The notes under the pieces are model-generated. The model ran no database searches. It saw nothing but the letters and a program-made list of their open reading frames with translations, and was not told the origin of the DNA. A stretch of 37,180 nt of DNA from an uncultured bacterium. Its GTDB lineage: Bacteria; B130-G9. Location: positions 62,001 through 99,180 of the forward strand of contig CBDVDH010000004.1 of the NCBI GenBank assembly GCA_965372715.1. Reading direction: 5' to 3'. The position numbers and the translations under genes are program-made. This document shows positions 1-8,810 of this stretch, in pieces (positions within the stretch are counted from its first letter, which is position 1; the number at the start of each line of letters is the position of its first letter).

Positions 1-784
1 GAGCCTTCTGGTACTCCTTGAGCTCGCCCGATTCTGAGCGCACTGGGAGAGGCGCGCCCTTCCCAGTTCCCACGCCAACCGCGTGTATTACAACGCCCTG
101 CTTAGCCGCTTCCCTCGCCGCGACCTCGAGGTTCCCGGAATGGTTCTCGCCATCGGAGAAAACGACCAGCGCCTTGTACTTCCTTTCGCCGGCGCTGAAA
201 AGATTACACGCCTTCTCAATCGCGGACGGAAGCGCCGTGCCGCCCAGTTCCACCGAACCCACCTGCACGCTGGAAAGGAACATCGCAAACGCGCCGTAGT
301 CCATCGTCAGCGGACACTGGACGTGCGCCTTTCCCGCGAACACGACCAGCGCCACGCGATTGCCCTCGAGTCGCTCGAGCAGCCGAAAGACCTCAAGCTT
401 TGCTCGCTCATACCTGCTCGGTGCGATGTCCTCCGCGAGCATGCTTCTGGATGTGTCAAGCAGGACGACCACATCGACGCCCTCCGCCGAGAGCTCAACC
501 GTTCGCTCCCCGAACCTCGGCCCAGCAAGCGCCATCAGGACAAGCGCGATGGCAACAATATAGAGCCCGGCCTTCAGCCTGCAACGGGGCTGATCGACCG
601 ACTCGACAAGACGGCCCAGAACCGAAGTCCTGGCGAATCGGGACAATATCCGCGCAGACCGCCGCTCGGACCAGCGATAGAAAAGCACGAGAAATGCAAC
701 TGCCAACGGAATAAGGTAGAGGTAGAGAAGATTCGCAAAGCCGCTGTCAAGCGCCGCAGAAATCCTCTCAAACAAGTGACTCAT
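1..784 (-). CDS. batB: VWA-domain membrane protein, BatB-like (3'-partial, runs off the window's left edge)
   Basis: Not in the ORF track. Hand translation from ATG at 784 is open to the edge: MSHLFERISAALDSGFANLLYLYLIPLAVAFLVLFYRW...LVLMALAGPRFG...GVDVVVLLDTSRSMLAEDIAPSRYERAK...RVALVVFAGKAHVQCPLTMDY...LVVFSDGENH...IHAVGVGTGKGAPLP. It has two N-terminal TM segments, a MIDAS DxSxS motif, and SDGE and GVGTxxGxPLP motifs typical of BatB. Confidence 0.88.
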   Translation of the reverse strand, partial: MSHLFERISAALDSGFANLLYLYLIPLAVAFLVLFYRWSERRSARILSRFARTSVLGRLVESVDQPRCRLKAGLYIVAIALVLMALAGPRFGERTVELSAEGVDVVVLLDTSRSMLAEDIAPSRYERAKLEVFRLLERLEGNRVALVVFAGKAHVQCPLTMDYGAFAMFLSSVQVGSVELGGTALPSAIEKACNLFSAGERKYKALVVFSDGENHSGNLEVAAREAAKQGVVIHAVGVGTGKGAPLPVRSESGELKEYQKA

Positions 785-1115
785 TACCCCTGCCCGATTC
801 GTTTGGATACGACCGCATCCCTCCGCGGCCATCTGTTTAACAAGTGGTGAGCCAAACTGTTCTGACGGGTCTGCTCCTGGCGTAATCCACGGGTACACAG
901 CGACCGCGAATTTTGGATATGTGCGCAAATGTGTCTAGTATCCGTCAGGTTGACATTGGACATGCTGCGGCGCTTCAATTGTGTATAATCGCTATCTTGG
1001 TTACGACCGGTTAACGGGAGGAACTCGTCTGTGGCGCAGACCCGTGAGTATCATCCCTGATATATGGGATTGATTTCGCGGCGCCACCTGATTCTCGGTT
1101 AGTGGGAATGGGGTT

Positions 1116-3506
1116 TTGAGCCAAGAGGACACGAAGGCCGTGAAGGGACTCCGCATTGCTTTCTGGTTTAGCTTCGCCACAATGGCAGCTGCTCTATTCC
1201 TGCTCATCGACATCCAGCTCACCCACGGATCCTGGGTCGCCGGCAGCATATTCTCGGACTTCTCAAGGGCGTATCGTCCCCTTCTTCTGACGCTTCTCTT
1301 CGCGATCGTGGCCGCAGCCTTCGCATCGGTCCGGCTGGATCGGACCTGCGGCCGAGACAGACCGGTTTTCAGGACAGTCGTCGATCGGATACGTAAGCTC
1401 TGGGCACGGGCCGCGCTCGAAAGTCCCGTCTGGGTCAAGATCGCTGTCCCGGTTCTTTCGGTCCTCTTGCTGCTCATCTTCCTGCCCTCGCTGAGCCAAG
1501 ATAACATCGAGTACAGGGCGATGACCATTCCGTCCTGGCCACCTGAGGCGCCGCAGCTGATTGCCGAGTCGCGGGGAGAGAGGACGCAGGGATACTCGCG
1601 CGTGAGGCTCGGAGACGAGGTTCGCTACCTGCGCGAAGTGGGCTACCATATAGTGCTGCTGGATTGTGTGACCGAGAAGGTCTTACGACAGGCGCACTTT
1701 CCCCCGAACAATCCTGAGGAGTCGATGTCGCTTGTGGAGACGCTCGGCGACCTCCCTGATAATACGCTGGCCGTCCTCGTCGGGCACGGCCGCGCCTCTG
1801 ACTGCATTATCCCGCAGCTGGCAGCAATGATGTCACAGCTGGGCTCCGACACGACCAGAGAATCGCTCGGGCCAATGGGGCATCTTCTGCTCCTACGGCG
1901 TTCAAGTGGAACAACGGAGTTGCTGGCTGAGATCACGGGTCACCACATCGTCTTAGCCTTGAATCCGAACCTTGCCATCAGAATATACCTTTTGCTCAGG
2001 GGTCTCGCGCCGTTGATATACGCGTTGACGATCATCGGCGCCATACTCCTCGCCGTAGCGGCCTTTGCGCAAGTGAATCACTCACTTAGTTGGCGTTGCG
2101 CGTTCAGCTATGCCTCCCTTGCGTCCGCCGTTCTGGTGGCGGCAATTTTCATAGCTGTTCGAACGAACGGTCTTGCCGCGATTAGCGCCGGCATCATCAT
2201 TGGCCTAACCTCGTACCTGTTGTTTCGGGACGCCTTTGCCAAACACAAGAGAGTCGTCTGGCAGATTGTAACGATCGCGGTGTTCGTCTGCCTTTTGTGC
2301 GATCCTGAGTTCTTCTATAGGAACTCAAGGGTCCCAGAGGCCGTAACGACCATCCTGGCTCTATATCTTGGCTACAAGCTCTATTCGCTGTTGTTTGGCC
2401 TCAAGAACGCCGTCAGCTATCCGCTCACGGTGCTATTCGTATCTCGAGCTTTTCTCGTCATCATCTGCTACCTGAGCACGCTCTATTTTTCCAAAGCGCC
2501 GGCCAGCGTTTGGCACATGGCGAGCAACTGGGACGGAGCATGGTACCTTACAGTCGCGGAGGAAGGGTACCATCTCACCCAGCAGGGATTCTCCTCGTCG
2601 AATTTTTTCCCGATGTATCCTTTTCTCATCGCCGCGCTAACGACGATAATACCTGATGATCCGATTGCTGGGACGACGGTTTCCAACCTCGCCTTCCTGA
2701 TTGCTTTGTGCCTGCTCTACCGGCTAGTAAGTCGGCGATGGGGCCGGGACACTGCGACAAGATCGGTCTTGCTGATGGCCATCGGGCCATGGTCCTTCTT
2801 CTTTTCAGCAATCTACACTGAATCACTCTTCCTTTTATGTTGTCTGGGCTTTTTCTTATTCGCGGACGCTCAGAAGTGGCTCAAGGCTGGCTTGTGCGGC
2901 CTGATTGCGGCTCTGACGCGGTCAGTTGGTACGATTTTGTTTCTCGTCGGCGCCTGGCAATACTTGAAGCATATCCGGTTCAATCCGAAGCGGATTAGAT
3001 GCAACGCTGTATGGCTGTTGCTCATCCCGCTAGGGTCAGGGCTGTTCAGTTTCATCCTGTATTCGCAGACTGGCGATATGTTCGCGAACGTAACGGCGAG
3101 CGGCGCCTGGGGCAGACATCTTAACAACCCGCTCACCATCCTACTGGACAGGCTTTCTCGCTTGGACCTGAATCATCTATCCATTCTAAGCACCCAGGAA
3201 ATGGAGATTGCCCTGATGTGGGGCCTCTGGATACTCGTTACAATAGTGGTCTTGCTTGCTGTTGTGCCGATAGCGCTCAAACTCGATGTTGGGTATGCGA
3301 TCTTCACCGCAGCTGGGATGCTGCTGCCGATTTCAGCAGGCCTGTTAGAGGGAGCCGGCAGATTCGCCCAAGTTCTGTTTCCGCTTAGCATCCTCCTCGC
3401 ACTTCACGCGAAACGCGAAAGGGTCTATCTGTGCCTCGTTCTGATTTTTTCTGCGTTCATGCTCTTCTTCGCGGTTCTCTTCGCCAACTGGTTCTGGATG
3501 GTCTGA
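1116..3506 (+). CDS. Polytopic GT-C glycosyltransferase (PIG-V/GPI mannosyltransferase 2-like C-terminal half) with an extracytoplasmic ILEI/GG-like domain
   Basis: 796 aa with many TM helices. Motifs NWDGAWYLTVAEEGY, FFPMYPFLI, YTESLFL and LTRSVG match the PIG-V-like mannosyltransferase family. The soluble segment GYHIVLLDCVTEKVLRQAHF...LGDLPDNTLAVLVG resembles ILEI. The start codon (TTG) is uncertain. Confidence 0.75.
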   Translation: MSQEDTKAVKGLRIAFWFSFATMAAALFLLIDIQLTHGSWVAGSIFSDFSRAYRPLLLTLLFAIVAAAFASVRLDRTCGRDRPVFRTVVDRIRKLWARAALESPVWVKIAVPVLSVLLLLIFLPSLSQDNIEYRAMTIPSWPPEAPQLIAESRGERTQGYSRVRLGDEVRYLREVGYHIVLLDCVTEKVLRQAHFPPNNPEESMSLVETLGDLPDNTLAVLVGHGRASDCIIPQLAAMMSQLGSDTTRESLGPMGHLLLLRRSSGTTELLAEITGHHIVLALNPNLAIRIYLLLRGLAPLIYALTIIGAILLAVAAFAQVNHSLSWRCAFSYASLASAVLVAAIFIAVRTNGLAAISAGIIIGLTSYLLFRDAFAKHKRVVWQIVTIAVFVCLLCDPEFFYRNSRVPEAVTTILALYLGYKLYSLLFGLKNAVSYPLTVLFVSRAFLVIICYLSTLYFSKAPASVWHMASNWDGAWYLTVAEEGYHLTQQGFSSSNFFPMYPFLIAALTTIIPDDPIAGTTVSNLAFLIALCLLYRLVSRRWGRDTATRSVLLMAIGPWSFFFSAIYTESLFLLCCLGFFLFADAQKWLKAGLCGLIAALTRSVGTILFLVGAWQYLKHIRFNPKRIRCNAVWLLLIPLGSGLFSFILYSQTGDMFANVTASGAWGRHLNNPLTILLDRLSRLDLNHLSILSTQEMEIALMWGLWILVTIVVLLAVVPIALKLDVGYAIFTAAGMLLPISAGLLEGAGRFAQVLFPLSILLALHAKRERVYLCLVLIFSAFMLFFAVLFANWFWMV

Positions 3507-3531
3507 ATACTGGGCCTGGGCCCAGAGAGCA

Positions 3532-3746
3532 TTACTGCCTGGCTCCCGGCCCGATTAGCGTCGGGGCAGGCGCCTCCGGACCCACCAGCCGGCGTTCATA
3601 GACCTCTGCGCGGCCCAATGATACGACCTTCCGCCATTGGGGGAGGTGGATTGCTTCCTTTACTGGTATGCCGTAAAGATTCGGATCCAGTGATTTGCTG
3701 CCCACAAAAAGATGCGTCGGCTCTGAGCCTCGGTCAGTTCCTCGGG
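3532..3746 (-). pseudogene. Remnant 3' end of a paralog of the 3734..5875 membrane protein
   Basis: EPTHLFVGSKSL...PQWRKVVSLGRAEVY aligns with VPTYLFVGSRAL...PYWKELAIFGRAGVF of the upstream gene. An adjacent frame gives EELTEAQ, matching DELTEGN. Confidence 0.7.
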
Positions 3747-5875
3747 AACGGACCAAGTGTGGGTTGGCTTATGTCTTTCCAGTTAACTCTGCCTTGATAT
3801 GGCTGCAACTTGAATACGCCAGCGCGGCCAAATATGGCCAGTTCTTTCCAGTAGGGTGAGGCACGTGCCCTTTCAAGCCAATAGCGGTCGATGTCCTTGT
3901 AAAGCAGCGCTCGGGAACCAACGAAGAGATAGGTTGGTACCACATCCCGGTTTCCTTCGGTCAATTCGTCGAAGTAGAAGGGATTGGAAGCGGGGTTTAA
4001 GATCCTCCTGCCGCAGATGGCGGGTATCCAAAGGCCGCTATAGTCGTGTTCGGGGACATTCAAGATTATGTCCGCCCGACTCGTATTCCGCTTGATCCAT
4101 TCAAACGCCCGCAGGTCGTCCTGCGAAACGGAGCCCCGAGGCGAGAAATGGACCACGTAGAATTGATTGTAAAAATCCCAGGAAAGGCCTGCCACAATGC
4201 AGGCTGCTACCCCTACGACCGAGAGGCCTGCTGCGGCGATGGCGAGCTTGCGCTCCCGCATAAAAGACCATACCTGAAACAACACCAGAGCGAAGATCAA
4301 CGGAAGAACATGCCGGAATCGAAGCAAGTCCAGCCATTGAGCGCCAAGCAGTTGGGAGACCACGCGCAGCAGAACAACAAGAAGCGCGAGGGATGCGCAG
4401 ACTAGTGGCAGCGCTCTGGAGATTCGCTGTTGAGTGGTTGTTTTCGGGGCTTGCGTCAATCTTTGCCTGCTCTTGGCGGCAAAAACCACCAGCCTGTCCA
4501 CGAGGCCAGCCCATAGGACCGACATCGGCGCCAGCAGCATCATGGCCATTCGCTCGGGATACAGTGCATAAGAGAACGGGAGCAGCCAATACTGCGAGTT
4601 TAAGGTCAATGCCAGCAACACGAGGGAGGCAAGCGTGACCTGGAGCCGGATGCGCCAGCTGAGGGTGGACAAAAAGAGGCCCAGAATAGCGAACCCGAGA
4701 ACGTGATGCCTGAAGACGACGCGGACCAGATACAGCGGTATAACCCAAAGACAATTGTGGATTGTGCCGTGCCAGACGTGGTCTGCCTCACGTTGATACC
4801 ACTTGACCCATCCGATCTCATTGTCGCTGACGTTCACGGAATACCCAGCCAGAAATGGCGCAACCAGCACCAGGGCAATTGCGACTACCAAAGCACACCG
4901 CGCCGCGTACCTTTTCAGGTCCGCCGCTCTCTTCAAGACCACGGCACGTGCCGAGAAACATAGGCCAAAGGCGAGCAAGAAGTAGGCTGCACCCAAGAAT
5001 GGAATCGAGTGTATCAGCAGCGCAGCGGCCCAAAATGAGGCTTGAGCGAACAGACTTAGGAAACGATGGTCCTCCTTCAAAGAAAAGAGCAGCCCGAGCG
5101 CCGCCAGAACGAAGGCAAAAGAGAGAACTGTAGGATTGAGGCCCCACTCACTGTAGCTCTGAGGCGCAAACACGAGGAAGGCCGCCATGGCGGCTGTCCC
5201 CAAAGAAACAGCGGGACCGAACCATACTCGTAGGAGTAGGAACAGCCCGAAATGAAGAAGCACGTAGGTGAGACCAGTCCAAAGAAGCGCGCTATCTTGG
5301 ACGTTCATTCCGGCCATCAGCGAAGTGCTTGCAGCGAGCACGGCGAAGCCTATCGGGTATTCGCCAAAAGAATCGATGGGAAGAAGCGGCCTGTGGGTAT
5401 TCGGTATCGAATCGCTGTCGATTATCAACCTGGCGTTGTAGGCGTGCATGCTCATATCGGGCCCCGGCGGCACGATCGCAATGACGGTCGGCAAGAGCCG
5501 GGCTAAGACGATCACAGCGGTCACAACTGCCAGCAGGAGACATGTTCCTTTGCCGAGACCCCTGGTCGGCCTGCGAGGCAGTCCTTTGCCTCTCACACCC
5601 AGGAAGACTAAAAGCCCGGCTAGCGCAAGAACGACTACCCAGATCAGAGAGGACAGCGAGATGGGTATGTATCGCGTGAGCCAGGGCAGCCAGGTCCAGC
5701 AGCTGACGCCGAAGAACAGGCAGTATACGCCTCTCGTGAAGCGGTCAAGCGTTCTGAAGCCGCCCAAGACCCAAATCAGCGCCGCTGGCAGAACGAACAT
5801 CCCAAGCGCCGGGCATAGGACCAACAGAGCAAGGACTAGAAGCCTTACCATCGCCGAGGCGCGACCGCTGTTCAC
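3734..5875 (-). CDS. Polytopic membrane protein, probable GT-C-fold glycosyltransferase
   Basis: 713 aa with many TM segments. The first external loop PGPDMSMH...YPIGF and a soluble C-terminal domain (AFEWIKRNT...LWIPAICGR) are typical of GT-C/STT3-like architecture. The start is either GTG 5875 or the ATG 8 codons later. Confidence 0.6.
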   Translation of the reverse strand: MNSGRASAMVRLLVLALLVLCPALGMFVLPAALIWVLGGFRTLDRFTRGVYCLFFGVSCWTWLPWLTRYIPISLSSLIWVVVLALAGLLVFLGVRGKGLPRRPTRGLGKGTCLLLAVVTAVIVLARLLPTVIAIVPPGPDMSMHAYNARLIIDSDSIPNTHRPLLPIDSFGEYPIGFAVLAASTSLMAGMNVQDSALLWTGLTYVLLHFGLFLLLRVWFGPAVSLGTAAMAAFLVFAPQSYSEWGLNPTVLSFAFVLAALGLLFSLKEDHRFLSLFAQASFWAAALLIHSIPFLGAAYFLLAFGLCFSARAVVLKRAADLKRYAARCALVVAIALVLVAPFLAGYSVNVSDNEIGWVKWYQREADHVWHGTIHNCLWVIPLYLVRVVFRHHVLGFAILGLFLSTLSWRIRLQVTLASLVLLALTLNSQYWLLPFSYALYPERMAMMLLAPMSVLWAGLVDRLVVFAAKSRQRLTQAPKTTTQQRISRALPLVCASLALLVVLLRVVSQLLGAQWLDLLRFRHVLPLIFALVLFQVWSFMRERKLAIAAAGLSVVGVAACIVAGLSWDFYNQFYVVHFSPRGSVSQDDLRAFEWIKRNTSRADIILNVPEHDYSGLWIPAICGRRILNPASNPFYFDELTEGNRDVVPTYLFVGSRALLYKDIDRYWLERARASPYWKELAIFGRAGVFKLQPYQGRVNWKDISQPTLGPFPRN

Positions 5876-5947
5876 AATCAGTGTCCCCTTTCTCCCGGAT
5901 GCTCAAGAAAGACTTACAAGGCACCGCATTTTAGTGGGCTAATGAAA

Positions 5948-6033
5948 TGCCGAAGGGGGGACTCGAACCCCCACGTGCGTAATCACACACTAGGTCCTGA
6001 ACCTAGCGCGTCTACCAGTTCCGCCACTTCGGC
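5948..6033 (-). tRNA. tRNA-Leu (anticodon CAG), CCA not encoded
   Basis: Reverse complement GCCGAAGTGGCGGAACTGGTAGACGCGCTAGGTTCAGGACCTAGTGTGTGATTACGCACGTGGGGGTTCGAGTCCCCCCTTCGGCA: acceptor stem GCCGAAG/CTTCGGC, anticodon arm CTAGG-TTCAGGA-CCTAG, long variable arm, GGTTCGAGTCC T-arm. Confidence 0.97.
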
Positions 6034-6131
6034 ATAGGCCTCAAGGAGAGACTGCGCCGCCAAGCGCGCATGAAGGTCCCGAGCCGCCGCCTGGGCAGCC
6101 GCATCTCCCCCCGCGCCAGCCACCAGTAATG

Positions 6132-6161
6132 AGTATTCGACACTCTCTACATCTCTGTCAA
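6132..6161 (-). promoter_or_regulatory. Possible sigma70 promoter for tRNA-Leu
   Basis: TTGACA (6161-6156), 18-nt spacer, AATACT (6137-6132), about 100 nt upstream of the tRNA. Confidence 0.4.
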
Positions 6162-6311
6162 GTGCGGACAGAGGAGTTTCCGCAAAGCGAAAACGGGGAA
6201 AAGGAGCAAGAGGAGTCAACGCACTCTCAATGCGTGATTGTTGTAGAATGGGCGGCTCAATTGTTATACCTACGAACCATAGTCCCAAAGACACACGGAA
6301 GGAGCATCGCA

Positions 6312-7301
6312 ATGGACGTTCTGATAAAGGAATTACACGAACGGGTCAAGCACGAGAGCGGCTTTATTGACGACATAACGGCCGAGATGCGCAAGGTCAT
6401 CGTGGGGCAGGACCTCATCATCGATCGGCTGCTGATCGGTCTTTTGGCTGACGGACACATTCTCCTCGAGGGTGTCCCGGGACTCGCCAAAACGCTGTCG
6501 GTCAAGTCGCTCGCCGGAACGATAACGGCGGCCTTCCAGAGAATACAGTTCACGCCAGACCTGCTGCCTGCGGACCTTATTGGCACGATGGTCTATAACC
6601 AGAAGACCGGCGAGTTCGCGGTTCATAAAGGCCCAATTTTCTCGAACATCATTCTGGCCGACGAGATCAACCGCGCCCCCGCCAAGGTGCAGAGTGCGCT
6701 CTTGGAGGCGATGCAGGAGCGTCAGGTAACGATAAGCAAGGAAACATTCAAGCTTGAGCAGCCGTTCCTGGTGCTGGCCACGCAGAATCCCATCGAGCAG
6801 GAGGGCACATATCCGCTGCCTGAGGCGCAGGTGGATAGGTTCATGCTGAAGGTGCTCATCTCATATCCCAGCAAGCAGGAGGAGCGGCAAATAATCGACC
6901 TGATGACCACGGGTGAGGAGCCACAGGTCAAGACAGTCGTCGCTCCAGAGCGGATACTCGACGCGCGGAAGCTCGTCAACGAGATATACATCGAGGACAA
7001 GCTCAAGGACTACATCGTCGAGATAGTCTTCGCGTCCCGCTTCCCAGCCAAATACGGCCTCCACGATCTAACGCCAATGATCGAATACGGCGCCTCACCT
7101 CGCGCCTCGATCTACTTGACAACTGCGGCCAAGACGCACGCCTTCCTCCGCCATCGCGGCTACGTTATCCCTGACGACATCAAGGCCATCGCTCCCGACA
7201 TCCTGCGCCACCGCATCATCCTCACGTACGAGGCCGAGGCGCAAGAGAAGACCTCCGACGACGTCGTGAAGACGATCCTGGACAGTATTGAGGTGCCGTG
7301 A
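6312..7301 (+). CDS. moxR: MoxR-family AAA+ ATPase (MoxR proper)
   Basis: GHILLEGVPGLAKT (Walker A), RIQFTPDLLPAD, LADEINRAPAKVQSALLEAMQE, ATQNPIEQEGTYPLPEAQVDRF, GASPRAS. Start moved to ATG 6312, which follows the RBS GGAAGGAG. Confidence 0.96.
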   Translation: MDVLIKELHERVKHESGFIDDITAEMRKVIVGQDLIIDRLLIGLLADGHILLEGVPGLAKTLSVKSLAGTITAAFQRIQFTPDLLPADLIGTMVYNQKTGEFAVHKGPIFSNIILADEINRAPAKVQSALLEAMQERQVTISKETFKLEQPFLVLATQNPIEQEGTYPLPEAQVDRFMLKVLISYPSKQEERQIIDLMTTGEEPQVKTVVAPERILDARKLVNEIYIEDKLKDYIVEIVFASRFPAKYGLHDLTPMIEYGASPRASIYLTTAAKTHAFLRHRGYVIPDDIKAIAPDILRHRIILTYEAEAQEKTSDDVVKTILDSIEVP

Positions 7302-7343
7302 GTCAGTTGTTGGGTCTGTTTGATCATTGAAAGGAAATGAAGA

Positions 7344-8396
7344 GTGTACTTCCAAATCGAATACAGTGTAAGAGACCTGTTGCTAAAAGAGAATGAGCAT
7401 TGGGAGCTGAACTTCGGCCCCCCGCACAACGTAACAGTGTCCTTGCGCCGTTACACTCGAGAGGAAATACAAAGGGGCCATAGCGAAAGGCACGCGCACT
7501 GCACTGCAAGTTGTGAAATAAGACCCTCACCGAAAATAAGAGAGATGTTCGAGAGCCTCGCTGAGAATAAGCTACCGCCCGGAAGCGACGAAGACCCGAA
7601 TCGACACTTCATCGGTGAGCCTCTTTTTGGATCTGACGGCAGCTTCAACAAAGGCTTTGTGCTTAATCTTTTTCTGCTTCCTAAGGCATTCCAGTCCTTT
7701 GCCGAAAACGTCTATAGAGAGCTTTCTAGACACGCTAGCCAAACCGTAAAGGTTGTTAGGTGGCGCGCTGCGTTACCGGGTTCGGCTCGGCCTCTAGCTG
7801 TATTGGCCAGCAAGTGGTCGTTCGATAGGAAGGACTGGAGACCAATACCTCACTCGGGCATGGCATGTTTCGACCTATGGTCGAATCACCCTGTTCCTAG
7901 CAATGTGTGGATTGAGGTCGAGAAATTGGCGCAGGTTGCTGAGGAACCACTCGGTCACGAGCTGTTTCGGGAGGCTTGGGTCCAAATGCATACCAGTCAG
8001 CGCAGCGCAATTGTCATGGCGATGACCGCAGCAGAGATAGCCGTGAAGCAGTGCATCATTACTCTAGTGCCGGCCACAGAGTGGCTGATACAGAACATCC
8101 CCTCTCCTCCTCTGGAGACAATGCTTCGGGATTACCTTCCCAAACTGCCTTTCAGATGCGCGCCGCCAAACAAAGTTCCCCAGCTCTCTAAAACTTATAT
8201 GGACACTATAAGAAAAGGTGTTCAGATCAGGAACAGAATCGCTCACATGGTCGTGAAGCCTCCCCACTTGGACTCGATCGAAGAGGTGCTCCTGGCTGTC
8301 CACGACTTGCTCTACATTCTCGACTATTACTGTGGACATGAATGGGCGTTGGAGCACCTCAGCAAGGCGACCAAGCGGGAACTCAAGCTGGAATGA
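7344..8396 (+). CDS. Hypothetical protein with C-terminal HEPN-like RNase motif
   Basis: 350 aa. Helical C-terminal half with SAIVMAMTAAEIAVK (conserved E) and RNRIAH (Rx4H). The sequence looks more A+T-rich than its neighbours by eye. Confidence 0.6.
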   Translation: MYFQIEYSVRDLLLKENEHWELNFGPPHNVTVSLRRYTREEIQRGHSERHAHCTASCEIRPSPKIREMFESLAENKLPPGSDEDPNRHFIGEPLFGSDGSFNKGFVLNLFLLPKAFQSFAENVYRELSRHASQTVKVVRWRAALPGSARPLAVLASKWSFDRKDWRPIPHSGMACFDLWSNHPVPSNVWIEVEKLAQVAEEPLGHELFREAWVQMHTSQRSAIVMAMTAAEIAVKQCIITLVPATEWLIQNIPSPPLETMLRDYLPKLPFRCAPPNKVPQLSKTYMDTIRKGVQIRNRIAHMVVKPPHLDSIEEVLLAVHDLLYILDYYCGHEWALEHLSKATKRELKLE

Positions 8397-8445
8397 GCCT
8401 GCGGTTCCTGTCAGGGCTCGACCGTCTTGCAGTTCGTGACCTCTG

Positions 8446-8473
8446 TTGCATCCTTGTGCACGTCTGATATGAT
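8446..8473 (+). promoter_or_regulatory. Putative sigma70 promoter upstream of the antitoxin-like gene
   Basis: TTGCAT (8446-8451), 16-nt spacer, and extended -10 TG-A-TATGAT (8465-8473). Confidence 0.45.
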
Positions 8474-8521
8474 TAGTTGGCCATCAGAATCGCAGTTACA
8501 AAGTTCAGGGGAGTACTACGA

Positions 8522-8767
8522 ATGAAAGCGGTCAAGGGCGTTTATGAAAATGGCAAAGTCAGGCTATTAGAGAGCATGACAAGGAAAGAACGAACTGATG
8601 TCGTGGTCATTTTTTCTGACGAGGCTGACGCGACGGAGCGACAGCCCAGGATAAAAGCCGATGCCTCACTGAGGGAGCTCGACGCAATAGCGGACAGCAT
8701 CGAAGGGGAGTTCGACTCGGCGGCGGATGTGCGAGAGGTACGCAATGAGAGGGCCGACCATCTGTGA
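8522..8767 (+). CDS. DUF104/AF2212-like putative antitoxin
   Basis: 81 aa from ATG 8522 (RBS GGGGAG). The N-terminus MKAVKGVYENGKVRLLE...DVVVIF matches the AF2212/DUF104 pattern. The acidic tail DSAADVREVRNER is VapB-like. Confidence 0.72.
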   Translation: MKAVKGVYENGKVRLLESMTRKERTDVVVIFSDEADATERQPRIKADASLRELDAIADSIEGEFDSAADVREVRNERADHL

Positions 8768-8810
8768 ATGAACTTTTTGTTCGCCAATCTAGGAAGCATG
8801 CGGTTAGCGC

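Noticed and set aside
83-850. 255-aa plus-strand ORF
   Set aside because: It is the antisense shadow of the minus-strand batB-like gene, which has clear VWA motifs.
950-989. TTGACA (950-955) and TATAAT (984-989) as a perfect promoter
   Set aside because: The spacer is 28 nt, far too long. The -10 may be real but the pairing is not supportable.
785-5947. tRNA-Leu-anchored genomic island carrying the two GT-C genes
   Set aside because: I found no duplicate of the tRNA 3' end and no integrase in the window.
5983-6312. 109-aa minus-strand ORF, and the 61-codon N-terminal extension of moxR (from 6129)
   Set aside because: The ORF overlaps the tRNA and promoter region. MoxR homology and the RBS begin at 6312.
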